Source: Anthoceros angustus
Lineage: Eukaryota > Plantae > Anthocerotophyta
Assembly: GCA_010909165.1 (NCBI GenBank)
Contig: MU008168.1
Coordinates: forward strand, 930,001-994,000
Length of the DNA stretch: 64,000 bases
Direction of reading: 5' to 3'
Shown one piece after another: positions 1 through 11,190 of this stretch. The notes under the pieces are model-generated. The model saw only the letters and a program-made list of their open reading frames with translations, was not told where the DNA came from and ran no database searches. Numbering within the stretch: the stretch's first letter is position 1; each line of letters opens with the position of its first letter. The translations under genes and the position numbers were made by a program.

Positions 1-1021
1 GTATGTATTTTATTAGTTATCGTATTTGTACGATGGTTCTTCACGGATGGCACAAATGACTTGAGTTCGACCAGTGCTCAAAGGCACCTGCCTCACACGC
101 ACAATCTTCATACACCTTCTAAATCTCTTTGTAGCGAAACCGGAGGTCTGCGAAATCCACTGGGATTATGTCCCAAAAGGATGCACTCCTAGCTAGCCAC
201 TTCACTCCTTGAATGTTTGGAAACAACATGTATTCTTTAGTATGTGCGGCTGCTGTTGCTACCTTATGCTGGTGTCGATTCTCAATTTCATGTCGGCCAG
301 TGAGGTCTTGAACCCAAGGTGGCTCCACCTGTCGCTCACCCTGATCGACGTCGATGTGATAGCCTCAAACCTCTCTAACTCCACCTTGTCTATGCACTCC
401 TCCACACTCCAGCCTGTCTCCCTGTGGAATAGCTCAAGCTACTCGATGCTCTGGAAGTCCTGGAACTGCTTCATCAATATCGTGTTAGCAACTCACACCG
501 TTCCAAAGTCAGTTACTAATTATCATTCATAATTCACGCACACAGACACGCATAGCCACTCTCAGCTGACAATCACACCTAGTTACTTAGCCATGATCGA
601 TAAATTAGCAAAGCTGCTAAGTGGTACACGTGCTCAAATAGATTAATAAATTTGTCTGGATCTGTCGACAACTACTGCCCACAAGCTGCACCTTGCTCGC
701 ATAATTACGCGAAAAGCTAGTCATAAAGATGTTGGTATGCCACAAATCACTCTTTGTTTAGGGTTTTCATCTCGCTTTTATTCTGACACAAGCACCTGAC
801 TCAGTCCGTGCTCGTTTACCGCCCTACGACCAGAATGTTAGTCCCATTGCCTGCACGTTGACAAGTCTGCCATGTTTTCTGCCTATATCAATTTCATTGT
901 TTCAACCAAATCATCTGCATCGCGTTAGAGCTGCGCTAAGCATCCACACATCAGTCAAGCGCACTAACACTCGTGCAATCTCGTTGCTTTCAACTGAATA
1001 CATGGATGTTTTATTACTTAC

Positions 1022-1232
1022 TGTTGATTATTTAATTAATACTTATAGAGCATTGTATATACCTAGGGCACCGTTCATAACCTAGATGAATGCTAGTTGG
1101 TAGTTGTAACCGTTTTTCATGTAGCTAGGACATATTACTTGTTTCCCTCAACCTTTTTGTGATATCTTTATATATATCTTTGCCCTCGGTGTCATGGGTT
1201 GCTCAATCTGCTATGAACCTATAAACGGGACA
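1022..1232 (+). repeat. 5' LTR of copia-1 (211 bp)
   Basis: TGTTGATTAT...CGGGACA, matches 6231-6440 apart from a short patch near 1071-1083. Confidence 0.97.
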
Positions 1233-1244
1233 TGGTATCAGAGC
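1233..1244 (+). promoter_or_regulatory. Primer-binding site (initiator tRNA-Met) of copia-1
   Basis: TGGTATCAGAGC directly after the 5' LTR, the canonical plant tRNAi-Met PBS. Confidence 0.95.
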
Positions 1245-1361
1245 CCTGTGGCTTGATCGCCTGGTTCTGCTATGCATAGGCAGTTTGCTTCTTTGGTGTG
1301 TTTGTAAAATTGCTTGTTTTTCTAATGGCAATTTGTCTCAAACCCTAGCATACAAGGCAAG

Positions 1362-1830
1362 ATGCCTCGCAGGCAGATCTGCGAGCAATCTTGGCCAGAT
1401 CTTGATAAGGAAAAAGGAAGACGCTATTCTGAGCCTGACTTTGAGAAGCTATATTATAAGAATGTCTGCCAAATCAAGACGAGCCGGTTTCTTGGCGCAT
1501 TTCTTGACTCACAAGCATCTACAGCAAACAGCCGTGCATCAGCATCTGATCCTGGACAGCTATTCAACGTTCAACCAAACTCTCAACATCGGTAAATCCA
1601 CGCCCGGAAGTTTTCTATAACATCGCTATTCTTAACTCAATCATGAATATCAAGAGCACTGTTCTGGAATACACATCTCGAATAGATTCTGTTCTAATTA
1701 GGCAGGAGCAACTTGAAAGGCTGAGAATTTCAGACCTCATGACGATGGCAAAGCAAGAGAGCGACATTAGCGCCTCTCGAGCAAATTTCACCGCCCGCAC
1801 CAAACTAATTTGTTCTCGGCTCTGCGAGCA
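1362..1830 (+). other. Putative accessory ORF0 upstream of gag in copia-1 (frameshifted near 1590)
   Basis: ATG 1362 MPRRQICEQSW... (to 1595) continues in another frame ...MNIKSTVLEYTSRIDSVLIRQEQLERL; same position as ORF0 in copia-2. Confidence 0.45.
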
Positions 1831-1832
1831 TC

Positions 1833-4800
1833 ATGTCGGGATCAACTAATCGACTCGGATCGAACCGGTTGCAAGATAAGGACCGGTGACTGGTACCCTG
1901 CGCCTGAGCTTGGTGCTTGCATCCTTGAGGAGAAATTGTCGATGGAAGTGGTTGATGGCACTGCTCCCAAAAGGTGGTCGCCTATCCGGAACCATGACAC
2001 CCAACGGGTAAATCAAGTACCACAGACGGGGAAAAGATGAGCTTGAGTGGACATACAAAGACAAGAAGTACGTACCATCTTGGTGGCCTCTGTCTCGCAG
2101 GAAATGATTCCTCATATAAAGTTGACGCAGTCTTCAAACGAGGTCTGGTCACTGTTATCAGAAACCTTCACATTTATAGGTCGACATTTGACCTTGATCA
2201 TCATTACCGTGGGGAAACTCAACATCGTGATCACTGGATTTTGTCTCGGACTTGCCGTCGAGTTTTACTGCACCGGCACAGACAATGTTATAAAGCAACC
2301 TTCAAATGCCTTTAAGTGGCATTGTAGACTTGGACACCCGAATATCAAAGCTATGAGGCGACTGTTGAAGGAGAAAATGGTAACAGGTTTTATTGAGAGT
2401 GAGTTACCTGATCTTGACTTATGTGTTGCCTGTGTCCATGGCAGCTTAAGTCACACTTTGGCGGAAATCCACGAAAGCTGCTAATCGCTGGATCCGTTCA
2501 TACCGATATTTGTGGACCAATGTCGATTACTTCATGGGGAGGAGCTCGGTATTTCGTTGTATTTGAAGATGATGATCCCACTTCATCCACCGAGCTCCTT
2601 CGTCACAAGAGTGAGGTGTTCTCCAGCTTTAAGCGTTATCTGGCATATGCAGAACGACAAACAGGCTTTAAGCTTAAGTGTATACGTTCGGACAATGGGA
2701 AGGAGTACCTTTCCAATGCTTTTCAAGAGTACTGTCAGGAGAAGGGGATTACCAGGCAGTTGACAATCCCGTATCATTCTGACATGAATGGGCGTGCTGA
2801 ACGCCGCCACAGGACTATTCAAGATGCTGCAAGGTCACTTCTTTATCAAGGGAGGCTGCCAATATGCTTCTGGGCAGAAGCTGTCCAGGTAACCACTTAC
2901 TTGCAGAATAGGTCAGCTGTTTCTTCCTTACAGGGTATCACACCTTTTGAAGCCTGGACAGGAAGCAAACCCGATTTGTCACATCTTAGAGTCTTTGGCA
3001 GCACTGCATATTCGCACATTCCTGATCAGCTACGTCATAAGTTTTCCTTTAAGTCTAAAAGACACATCTTCATAGGATACACTCCAGGTATTCATGGCTA
3101 CAAATTGTTCGAACCTGTCACAAGGAAGGTGATCCATGCAAGGGCATGCGTTTGATGAGCGTCTTGTCTCCGTTCCTTCACACTCCTTTAGTGACTTTCT
3201 CGTGAAGCTGTTGAACTTGAGCACTCTGTAGATGCAGGAGGAACCACAAGATATCGTTAGTTTTCCGATAGACCCTTCTCGATTCAAGACAAGATCCCCA
3301 CGGTGCCCTTCCGCCGCCAATCGGACCACAGCCCCGCCGACCCATGAGGTATGGAGATGATCAGCCTCCTTGCTCCCACATCGATCGGATGTTGATGATC
3401 CTGTCCTGTCCGTTACATGATGAGGCTCGAGGCTGGTGCATGGATGACCCGGAGTATGTTATTCCTGTCCTCGGAGAACCCCTAGCGCTCTGCAGTCGGA
3501 GACCACCGAGCAGTGGAGAGAGCCTTACGAGTGAAGATTTCAAGAAAAGTACTCGTCCCCATGGTTCCGCTCGATGAGGTGGTTGTCGACATGGTGAATC
3601 TTTCTATCAATCCGGCTATGAGCCTTCTACCTATCTTTGAGGCCATTAGCGGACAAGATATATGCCATACCTGAAAGCGGCTATATGGAGGACTCCCTTA
3701 TACAAAACAATACGTGGGGCTCCTCCGCCAGGAGGAAGATAGTTACCTCAAAATGGGTGTTTAAACTCAAATACAAAGCTGATGGAAGCATAGCGGTGCA
3801 AGGCTAGGTTAGTAGCCCGTGGTTTTCACAAGTCCTCGGTTTAGACTATCATGACACCTTCTCCCTCTGTAAAGGCTCCCCTAAGAGTTCTTGCTGCTAT
3901 GTGCTTTCTTTTCCAGACATCCACCAAATGGATGTTAAAACGGCATTCCTACATGGGAAATTAGAGGAAGAGATCTTCATGCAGCAGCCTGAGGGATATG
4001 AGCTTACCGGAAGTGAGGATTGGGTGTGTAAGCTCTTGAAGACCTTATATGGTCTCAAACAGAGTCCTCGTGCGTGGTACGAGTGCATAGATGAATTCTT
4101 GATAGGTCTAGGCTTCCTTAAAAGCGTTGCTGACACAAACGTGTATCTCCGCAAGAGAAAGGTGGTTTTGTTATTTTGGCACTCTATGTAGATGATTGTA
4201 TTTTGCTGGGAACACACATGGAAGGGATTACCCGTGTTAAAGGTCTGCTGTCGGGTCGTTTCGACATGGTGGACGTTGGAGAGCTTTCCTACTGCCTTGG
4301 AACTCAGCTCCAGAGAGACACTGCCAGCGGAACATTGTCAGTTCATCAAGAAAAGTACATCTATGATATGTTGTTCAAGTACAAACTATCAAGCCAAGAT
4401 GCCTCACTCCTCTTAAAAGCGTTGTTGTCTGCCCGTTAGCCTCCACAAACTGCCCAAGAGAAGCATGAGATGGAGGTGCCATACATGTGGGGTCACTCAT
4501 ATTTTGCTCAAATCACACTCGACCAGATGTTGCTCTGCCAGTTAGCTTGGTGTCCCAATATCTGAAGGAGCCAGGCAGAGCCCATTGGTCAGCAACCAAG
4601 AGAATTCTGAGGTATCTCAAAGGGACTAGTGGACATGGAATTCACTACACAAGACGAAGCGATGGAGAGGAAGACCTTACCCTCATAGGATACTGTGATG
4701 CTGACTGGGCACCGGACCAAGACACGAGAAGGTCAGTTTCGCCTATGCCTTCTTGCTTGCAGGTGGAGCAGTTACATGGTCGTCGAAGAAACAAACAACT

Positions 4801-5140
4801 GTTTCCTTATCTTCCACCGAAGCAGAATATTCTGCTCTGACTCAAGCTGCGAAGGAAGCAATCTGGCTGCGACGACTCCTAGCGGATATGGGTCAGGAGC
4901 AGAAGAGTCCCACAGTTATCTATTGTGACAACCAGTCTGCCCTTGCTCTAGCTCGGAATCCAGTTTACCATGCCCGAACTAAGCACATAGAAGTGCATCA
5001 CCACTTTGTGAGGCATGCGATTGAGACCAAGCGGTGAGGTTAGAGTATATTCCAATCGAAAGGTAATCGCGAGATATTTACCAAAGCATTACCTAGGTTG
5101 AAGCACCATCAATTCAAAGAGTCTTTAGGAGTCTTAATTC
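1833..5140 (+). pseudogene. copia-1 gag-pol, many frameshifts; gag C-terminus, zinc knuckle and protease not found
   Basis: gag N-terminus MSGSTNRLGSNRLQDKDR and ILVASVSQEMIPHIKLTQSSNEVWSLL; pre-integrase WHCRLGH; integrase VHTDICGP, IRSDNGKEY, NGRAERRHRTI; RT HQMDVKTAFLHG, KTLYGLKQSPRAW, LYVDD; RNase H GYCDADWA, SSTEAEY, CDNQSA, RTKHIEV. Confidence 0.93.
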
Positions 5141-5591
5141 CACTTCACGTCACAGACAAGTCCAGCCGTAAGTGAGGAAACTACTGTGAGGCTGATAAGT
5201 AGGTGTCAAGGTCAGAAACTTATGCTACTTTCTAAGTCCTACCTACTAGTGCCAGCCTATGATGATCCCTTGTCTTCAGAATTGGAAGGTGACAGGAATT
5301 TAGATTTGCCTCTCTGTTGCAGGCCAACAAAATTGGGATCAAAGTCTGGCCCTTCGTCACTGGTCTCTTCGTCTGTTTCATCAGTCCAGTTGACACCAGC
5401 CTCTTCAGCCATCCTCTCCCTGGATACTGTTGTCATAAGTGAATCATTTGGTCAGAACTTTACTGCAGCAGGTCACACCACGACAATAGTGGGAGTAGCA
5501 TAGACAAGCTGTGAATTTTGTCATCATCTGTAGAAGGAGATGAAGTTCCGTGGCCTCCCCATCTCCACCAATTTTGTCAAACATCATGATT

Positions 5592-6176
5592 TTAGTTGTT
5601 GGGATGTACACCTCCCGTTCGGTCGTCAACACAATCACCACCGTGACTACTCTTCTTCCCAGTACGGATGCCACAGAGCTTGTACTCCGAGCACAGAAGT
5701 CCTCTGGCGACAATCTGGTCAAGACCTTGATTAGCTTCTCTAGTTTTCCCATAGTTGAAGGAGCGAGGAGCAGAATTAGAGGTCGAAGCACCAGCTCTCC
5801 TTAGGTCAGAGACTTCCTTGGCCAGCTTCTCTTCCCTCGCCTTTGCTTCCCGTAGCAGTTTCTGCCAGTATTTGGCTCCACCTCTGTCAGCCACTCTCCA
5901 AGCAGGTTCCCCATCAGGATGGACCGGACACGGCGGCAGATCTGCAGCAGGACATGAGCAGATTCCGTGTCTCATGGCTCGAATCCCTAGTGTTTCTCTT
6001 GTTGCTGAGGCGGCTGCAGAGAGGCGCTGTAAAGGCAGTGGTCCGTTCTCAGAGGCGCTCTGGGATCCGCCGAGGTTGGCATCGTCGAGGGAAGTCAATG
6101 CTCTTGCCGCCATTACCAGTGGAGTAAGAGCTGCGTGGTGGTGTGTTCGACGCGAGAGAAGCATGCAGGCGTACAT
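5592..6176 (-). CDS. Antisense ORF in the pol-to-PPT interval of copia-1, unknown function
   Basis: 194-codon open frame with a Cys/His cluster (CSCPAADLPPCPVHPDGE) and a charged helical segment (KLLREAKAREEKLAKEVSDL); no recognised family. Confidence 0.4.
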   Translation of the reverse strand: MYACMLLSRRTHHHAALTPLVMAARALTSLDDANLGGSQSASENGPLPLQRLSAAASATRETLGIRAMRHGICSCPAADLPPCPVHPDGEPAWRVADRGGAKYWQKLLREAKAREEKLAKEVSDLRRAGASTSNSAPRSFNYGKTREANQGLDQIVARGLLCSEYKLCGIRTGKKSSHGGDCVDDRTGGVHPNN

Positions 6177-6230
6177 CTACCTTGCTTTGCAGGTGGTTAA
6201 TTGTTATATCCGTATATCCAATGAGAGGGG

Positions 6231-6440
6231 TGTTGATTATTTAATTAATACTTATAGAGCATTGTATATACCTAGGGCAAGTCATAACCCTAGATGAATG
6301 CTAGTTGGTAGTTGTAACCGTTTTTCATGTAGCTAGGACATATTACTTGTTTCCCTCAACCTTTTTGTGATATCTTTATATATATCTTTGCCCTCGGTGT
6401 CATGGGTTGCTCAATCTGCTATGAACCTATAAACGGGACA
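6231..6440 (+). repeat. 3' LTR of copia-1 (210 bp)
   Basis: Preceded by purine tract GAGAGGGG, ends ...CGGGACA, followed by TSD CTTAC. Confidence 0.97.
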
Positions 6441-7830
6441 CTTACCATGACGATACACAAGAAAGATCATCTTGCAGGTACTAGACTTATCTTGGAAGCT
6501 GCTCTTATGCTTCTGCTTAGTGTAATTTGCTCTTGCTCTAGCTCGGCTCCATTCTCTAGCGTGTTGATAGCTACCCTCCACGTGAGCTCGGCGCTCTTGC
6601 TACCAACGCATCTTGCAGTAACTTTGCCCTAATAGTTACCACTTCTGCCATATATATGACAAACTACATAAAACATCTCTCTCACTATCGCTGGTAAACA
6701 ACACACATTTATTGTCAACTGCAAATACTTATTCCCGATATTGGCACACTCTATGCTTGACACTACTGAGTCCTGCTGCCTTTGGCGCTTGTTGGCTTGC
6801 CGCAGTTGCGATCTTCTCTGCGGCAACACTACTTCCGATACTTCCCTCTAGCTTGGTGTGCTCCTGCACTCCGTTGTGCTTTTGGGCCTAGATTGTTCAC
6901 TCCTATTATCCATTGCCATTGAACCTTCTAATTTGATGACACCTTTTCTTACCAACTTGGCTTCAATGTCCCAGAGCTCGACGCTTTCATCCTTTGTTAT
7001 GAACGTTTTCCTCAAGGACCCCCTCTTTTCTGTATCTAAAAAACATTTCCTGCCAATTTTGGAGTCAACGTGGTATAGCCTCGGGGACATCGTCCCCTCC
7101 TCTTTGTTTGTCCTTGCCTCGTCGCTTGTAGGGTCAGATTGACCTAGTCCCTCTGCTGCCTTCTCACCTCGCACCTCCTCCCCCTCTCCTTCTTGTTGAC
7201 CTTAGAAATCCTCCACTGTCCGTCCTGCACCTTCTTCTCCATCTACACCTTGGGCCATATCTTGCTCTGTGCCCACATCCTCCTTTATGTCCGCCGCCAG
7301 CCTAAGTCCTCCACCTGCTATGGCTCTTGCCATGGCCGCCTGCTCGATTGCCCTGGCTCCTGCCATGGCTCTTGCCATGGCCGCCTGCTCGATTGCCCTG
7401 GCTCCTGCCATGGCTCTTGCCATGGCCGCCTGCTCGATTGCCCTGGCTGCTTCCTCGTTTGCTCCAGCACGTGCTATGGCCACCTACCTGTCTGCTCTTG
7501 CTCTTGTCATGGCCGCTTGCCCCCCTACTCCAACTCCTGCTATGGTTGCCTGTGGTGGCATGGCAGATGCTATCGTCCCCACTTCCGTCCGAGTAAGTCC
7601 TAATGTTGTCAGTCTGAGTCCTTCCGCTCCCCTTCTCACCTGTTCAAGTCTGTCATCAACAGTTCATGTTGCGAGCAGCCTGATTTCTCCAACTTCTCCG
7701 CCTATCGGATGCCTATATGCTCCAACTCTTGGCATGGCTACCTGCCTCACGAGCTCTTCTTCTACTATGGCCGCGTGCCAGCCTACTCCACTTCCGACTC
7801 CCGCCATTGCCTGCTGCCCTGTCTGACTAG
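6441..7830 (-). mobile_element. Degenerate older retroelement-like sequence interrupted by copia-1
   Basis: Broken minus-strand frames with low-complexity, charged and possible degenerate knuckle segments; decayed coding-like sequence also lies left of 1017. Family not identified. Confidence 0.3.
7320..7448. repeat. 45-bp tandem repeat, about 3 copies
   Basis: Unit ATGGCTCTTGCCATGGCCGCCTGCTCGATTGCCCTGGCTCCTGCC. Confidence 0.93.
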
Positions 7831-7937
7831 GTGTGTTGGCACCTTGCCTTGTGCTGGCAAGTGCCTTGATTTGGTGCCAAGATATGGCAATGAAGAAGAA
7901 GAATTTTATTTAAGTCCACTAAGGACGGATTTCCGTC

Positions 7938-8087
7938 ATGGGACTTCGTACTTAACAACTTGTACCATGGTGTGCCTAAGCTACTTGCACCAAGGGCATC
8001 CACTCACTTTAGGCACCCCATCTAAGTACCGATCCAAGCTCAGGATGCTTAATCACGGCGTTCTTATAAATGTGTGTCCATTTGGCC
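7938..8087. repeat. Dispersed repeat, second copy at 49281-49407
   Basis: ATGGGACTT(C/G)GTACTTAACAACTTG...GGGCATCCACTC...CCCCATCTAAGTACCGATC...AAATGTGTGTCCATTTGG shared in the same orientation. Confidence 0.85.
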
Positions 8088-8522
8088 TACAATGGGAGGG
8101 GGCCTTCTTTGTGCTTGGAGTTGCTGGCCGCGCTTGGGCACTCGCACCAATTGGGACAAAACAAAGTTTTTCTTGCAAGAAATATGGTCATATTTTATGA
8201 GCAACGTGGTCCTTGTCCCATCCGGTTCCGTGACCCTTTCGGTATTCTATAGGCTCGTGGCGTTCCCAATCTCTCTGGAATATTTCGACATGTCTACAAA
8301 AGGTGGACATAATATTGATATTTTTCGGTTTTTTTATATCTTGGATTAATATAGCCGAATCCCGATGGCGTCTGCGGTGGTCTTCATCAAACTTGCGTTG
8401 TCCACCTCGGTACCAATGAAAGATCGTGTGCACCTTGCTTCAGGGTGGTGTGGTCGTACTCAATACATGGGCATCCTGCCAGTCTGTTGTTAGACTCATT
8501 TCCCGACAGTGGTCCCTGAACG

Positions 8523-11190
8523 ATGGCCTCAGTGAGGCAACCAGACCTGTTGTGGACCCAACAAATTGCAATTGGTGCGTCTCCAGGGATTCTGCCAGGA
8601 GCTCCCTCTCACCTCACCTCAGGGAGGCAACCCCTGGCAAACAACCAAGCCTCCAGGTTCAGCAGTGTAAGGAGCCAAGCACTGCCACTTCCGAGAAAGT
8701 GTGTGGGTGCCGACGGGTTTTCCAGCGATGGTCGTCTGCAGGAGCAGGAGCAATTGTGGCTACAATTCTTTCTGGACCCTGCCATGTGGTGGGACAACAG
8801 ACGAGATAACAAAAGCTACCGTTCGCCTGACTTCCGCCGTAAGGGGTCCGGCGAGGTCCTGTGGTTAAACAGCTTGTTTAAGCCAGCTTGGGTTGATGGC
8901 CAGCTCGTCTCCTTGGATATGCAGATGGGTCGTGATGCCTCTCCTACCAAGTCGAGCTCTCCGGATAAGCCTGAACCTGGCAGGTGTGCAAGACCGGAAT
9001 TGGGCGTCGTGACGGCTGGAACCGTGAGCATACTATGTCAGCAGGGGAAGCTTTCTGAGGCCATTGGAGCCCTGGAATCTCTGGCGCAGACAGACGTTGC
9101 TATTTCTCAGTCTCTGTTTTACACCGTGCTAAAACTGTGTACAGCGAAGAAGGATGTGGCTGTGGGGCGACGAGTTCATGATATCACTGTCAAACTTGGG
9201 TACGAGTCGAATGCATACCTGGGGAATCACATCTTGCGCATGTATGCATCTGGAGGTAGGCTAGAGGAGGCCATGGATGTGTTCACCAGGGTAGGCAAAC
9301 CAGATGTTTTCATGTGGTCTTCCATCATCTCTGCTTATGCTAAGCATGGGAAACCTAATGAGGCCATACAACTGTACCATGAGATGCGTAGGGCAGGAGT
9401 GAAGCCGAATGGTCACGTCTTTGTAGCTGCCCTTCAGGCTTGCGCTTTTGCCACCGACTTGGAATCTGGCAGAGAAGTGCATTGTGATGTATTGCACAGT
9501 GGCATTCCTCCTGATTTGTTTGTTGGCACCTGCCTGGTGGACATGTATGCAAAATGTGGTGAACTGAAAGATGCACGCCAAGTTTTTGACAGCATGGCCA
9601 CAAAGGATGTGGTGACATGGAATGCCCTGATAGCCGGGTATGCAAAATGTGGCGAACTGAAAGATGCACGCCAGGTTTTTGACAACATGAAAGCAAAGAA
9701 TGTGGTGACATGGAATGCCCTGATAGCTGGCTATGCCGAGAAAGGGCTTGGACATGAGGCACTTATTCTGTATGAACAAATGAAGCAGGAGGGCGTTATT
9801 TTGGCTGACCATGTCACTTTTGCTTGCCTTCTAAAGGCCTGTGCAAGTGCTGGTGCTTTACAGAAGGGCAGGCAGCTGCACACACAGATTGTTGAAAGAG
9901 GATTGCTGTGTGACATACTGGTGGGCACCTGCCTGGTGGACATGTATGCAAAATGTGGTGAACTGAAAGATGCACGCCAGGTTTTTGAAAGCTTGTCCAC
10001 TAAGGATGTGGTGACATGGAATGCTTTGATTGCTGGGTACGCACAGCAAGGTCTCGGCCAAGAGGCGCTTGTTGTGTATGAGCAAATGGAGCAAGAGGGT
10101 TTGATTTTAGCTAATGATGCTACTTTTGCTTGCCTTCTGAAGGCCTGTGGAAGCACTGGTGCCTTACAGAAGGGCAGGGAGCTGCACTCACAGATTGTCA
10201 AAAGAGAAATGTTGGATAATGTGGTGTTGGGCAACTGCCTGGTGGACATGTATGCAAAATGTGGTGAAGTGGGGGATGCACGCCGGGTCTTTGACAGCTT
10301 GGCCACAAAGGATGTAGTGACATGGACCGCCCTGATATCTGGGTATGGTGCATGTGATGAAGGTCACAGGGCACTAGCTTGTTTTGAGGAGATGTTAGTT
10401 GCTGGTATTCTGCCTAATGATGCTACTTTTACCTGCCTTTTAGTAGCATGCAGTCATGAGGACTGGTGGATGAGGGTTGTAAGCTCTTTGTGTCCATGGC
10501 TGAACAGCATGGCATCAAACCTACTGTTGAGCATTACAATTGCATGATTGATCTTCTTGGGCGTGCAGGCCATTTAGATGAGGCAGAGAAGATGCTATAT
10601 CATGTGAGGGCCAAAGTAATGTTGTGGGCTTGACGTCTTTGTTGAATGCCTGCAAAAGTGCAGGGATGCAGGAGGGCGACTCTGTGTTTTGAAGAAAGCG
10701 CTTGAGACTGAGCCCAAGATGCATGTATGCTCATGCTAATGCCTGATGGGTGTGGGCAATGTAGACTGGGTGAAACACAGAGAATGGAAGCAGGAGCTAT
10801 TAAGAAACCTGCGGTGGCGACGATTGAGGTGAAGAACAAGGTACATACATTTGCGGTGGGAGAAAGAAGAGATGATATTGCTTTCAAGGTAGAGAGCACA
10901 AATACGCATCTGAAGCAGGAAGGGGGACACGTACCACAGACAAAGTTGGTGTTGAAGCCACTGTCTGAAAAGGAAAAGGAAGATGTGCTTTGTGGGCATG
11001 CGGAGAAGCTAGCTCTGGCGTTTGGCCTGTTGAGCACTCCGAGTGGGACACCTCTGGTGGTGACAGAATCAGCATGTGCAGTGACTGCCACAGTTCCACG
11101 AGATCTTGTCAAAGCTCGAACGCCGAGACATTGTTGTATGAGGATGGATGCTGTGCATCGGTGCTTTTGCACAAGTTGTAGAGGTCGACT
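8523..11190 (+). CDS. PDF-motif + PLS-class PPR + E1/E2 + DYW:KP protein, copy A; open for ~646 aa, frameshifted from ~10460
   Basis: Intronless ORF from ATG 8523; OSB-like WWDNRR...PDF...LWL motif; L-S-(PLS-S)-(PLS)2-P2-L2 array; a missing G at CSHE(G) breaks the frame; further frames give KKPAVATIEV and HAEKLALAFG. Confidence 0.9.

Larger units (their letters stand above)
1022..6440 (+). mobile_element. Ty1/copia LTR retrotransposon (copia-1), internally deleted and frameshifted
   Basis: TG...CA LTRs at 1022-1232 and 6231-6440; exact 5-bp TSD CTTAC at 1017-1021 and 6441-6445; PBS TGGTATCAGAGC; polypurine tract; domain order gag, integrase, RT, RNase H. Confidence 0.97.
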
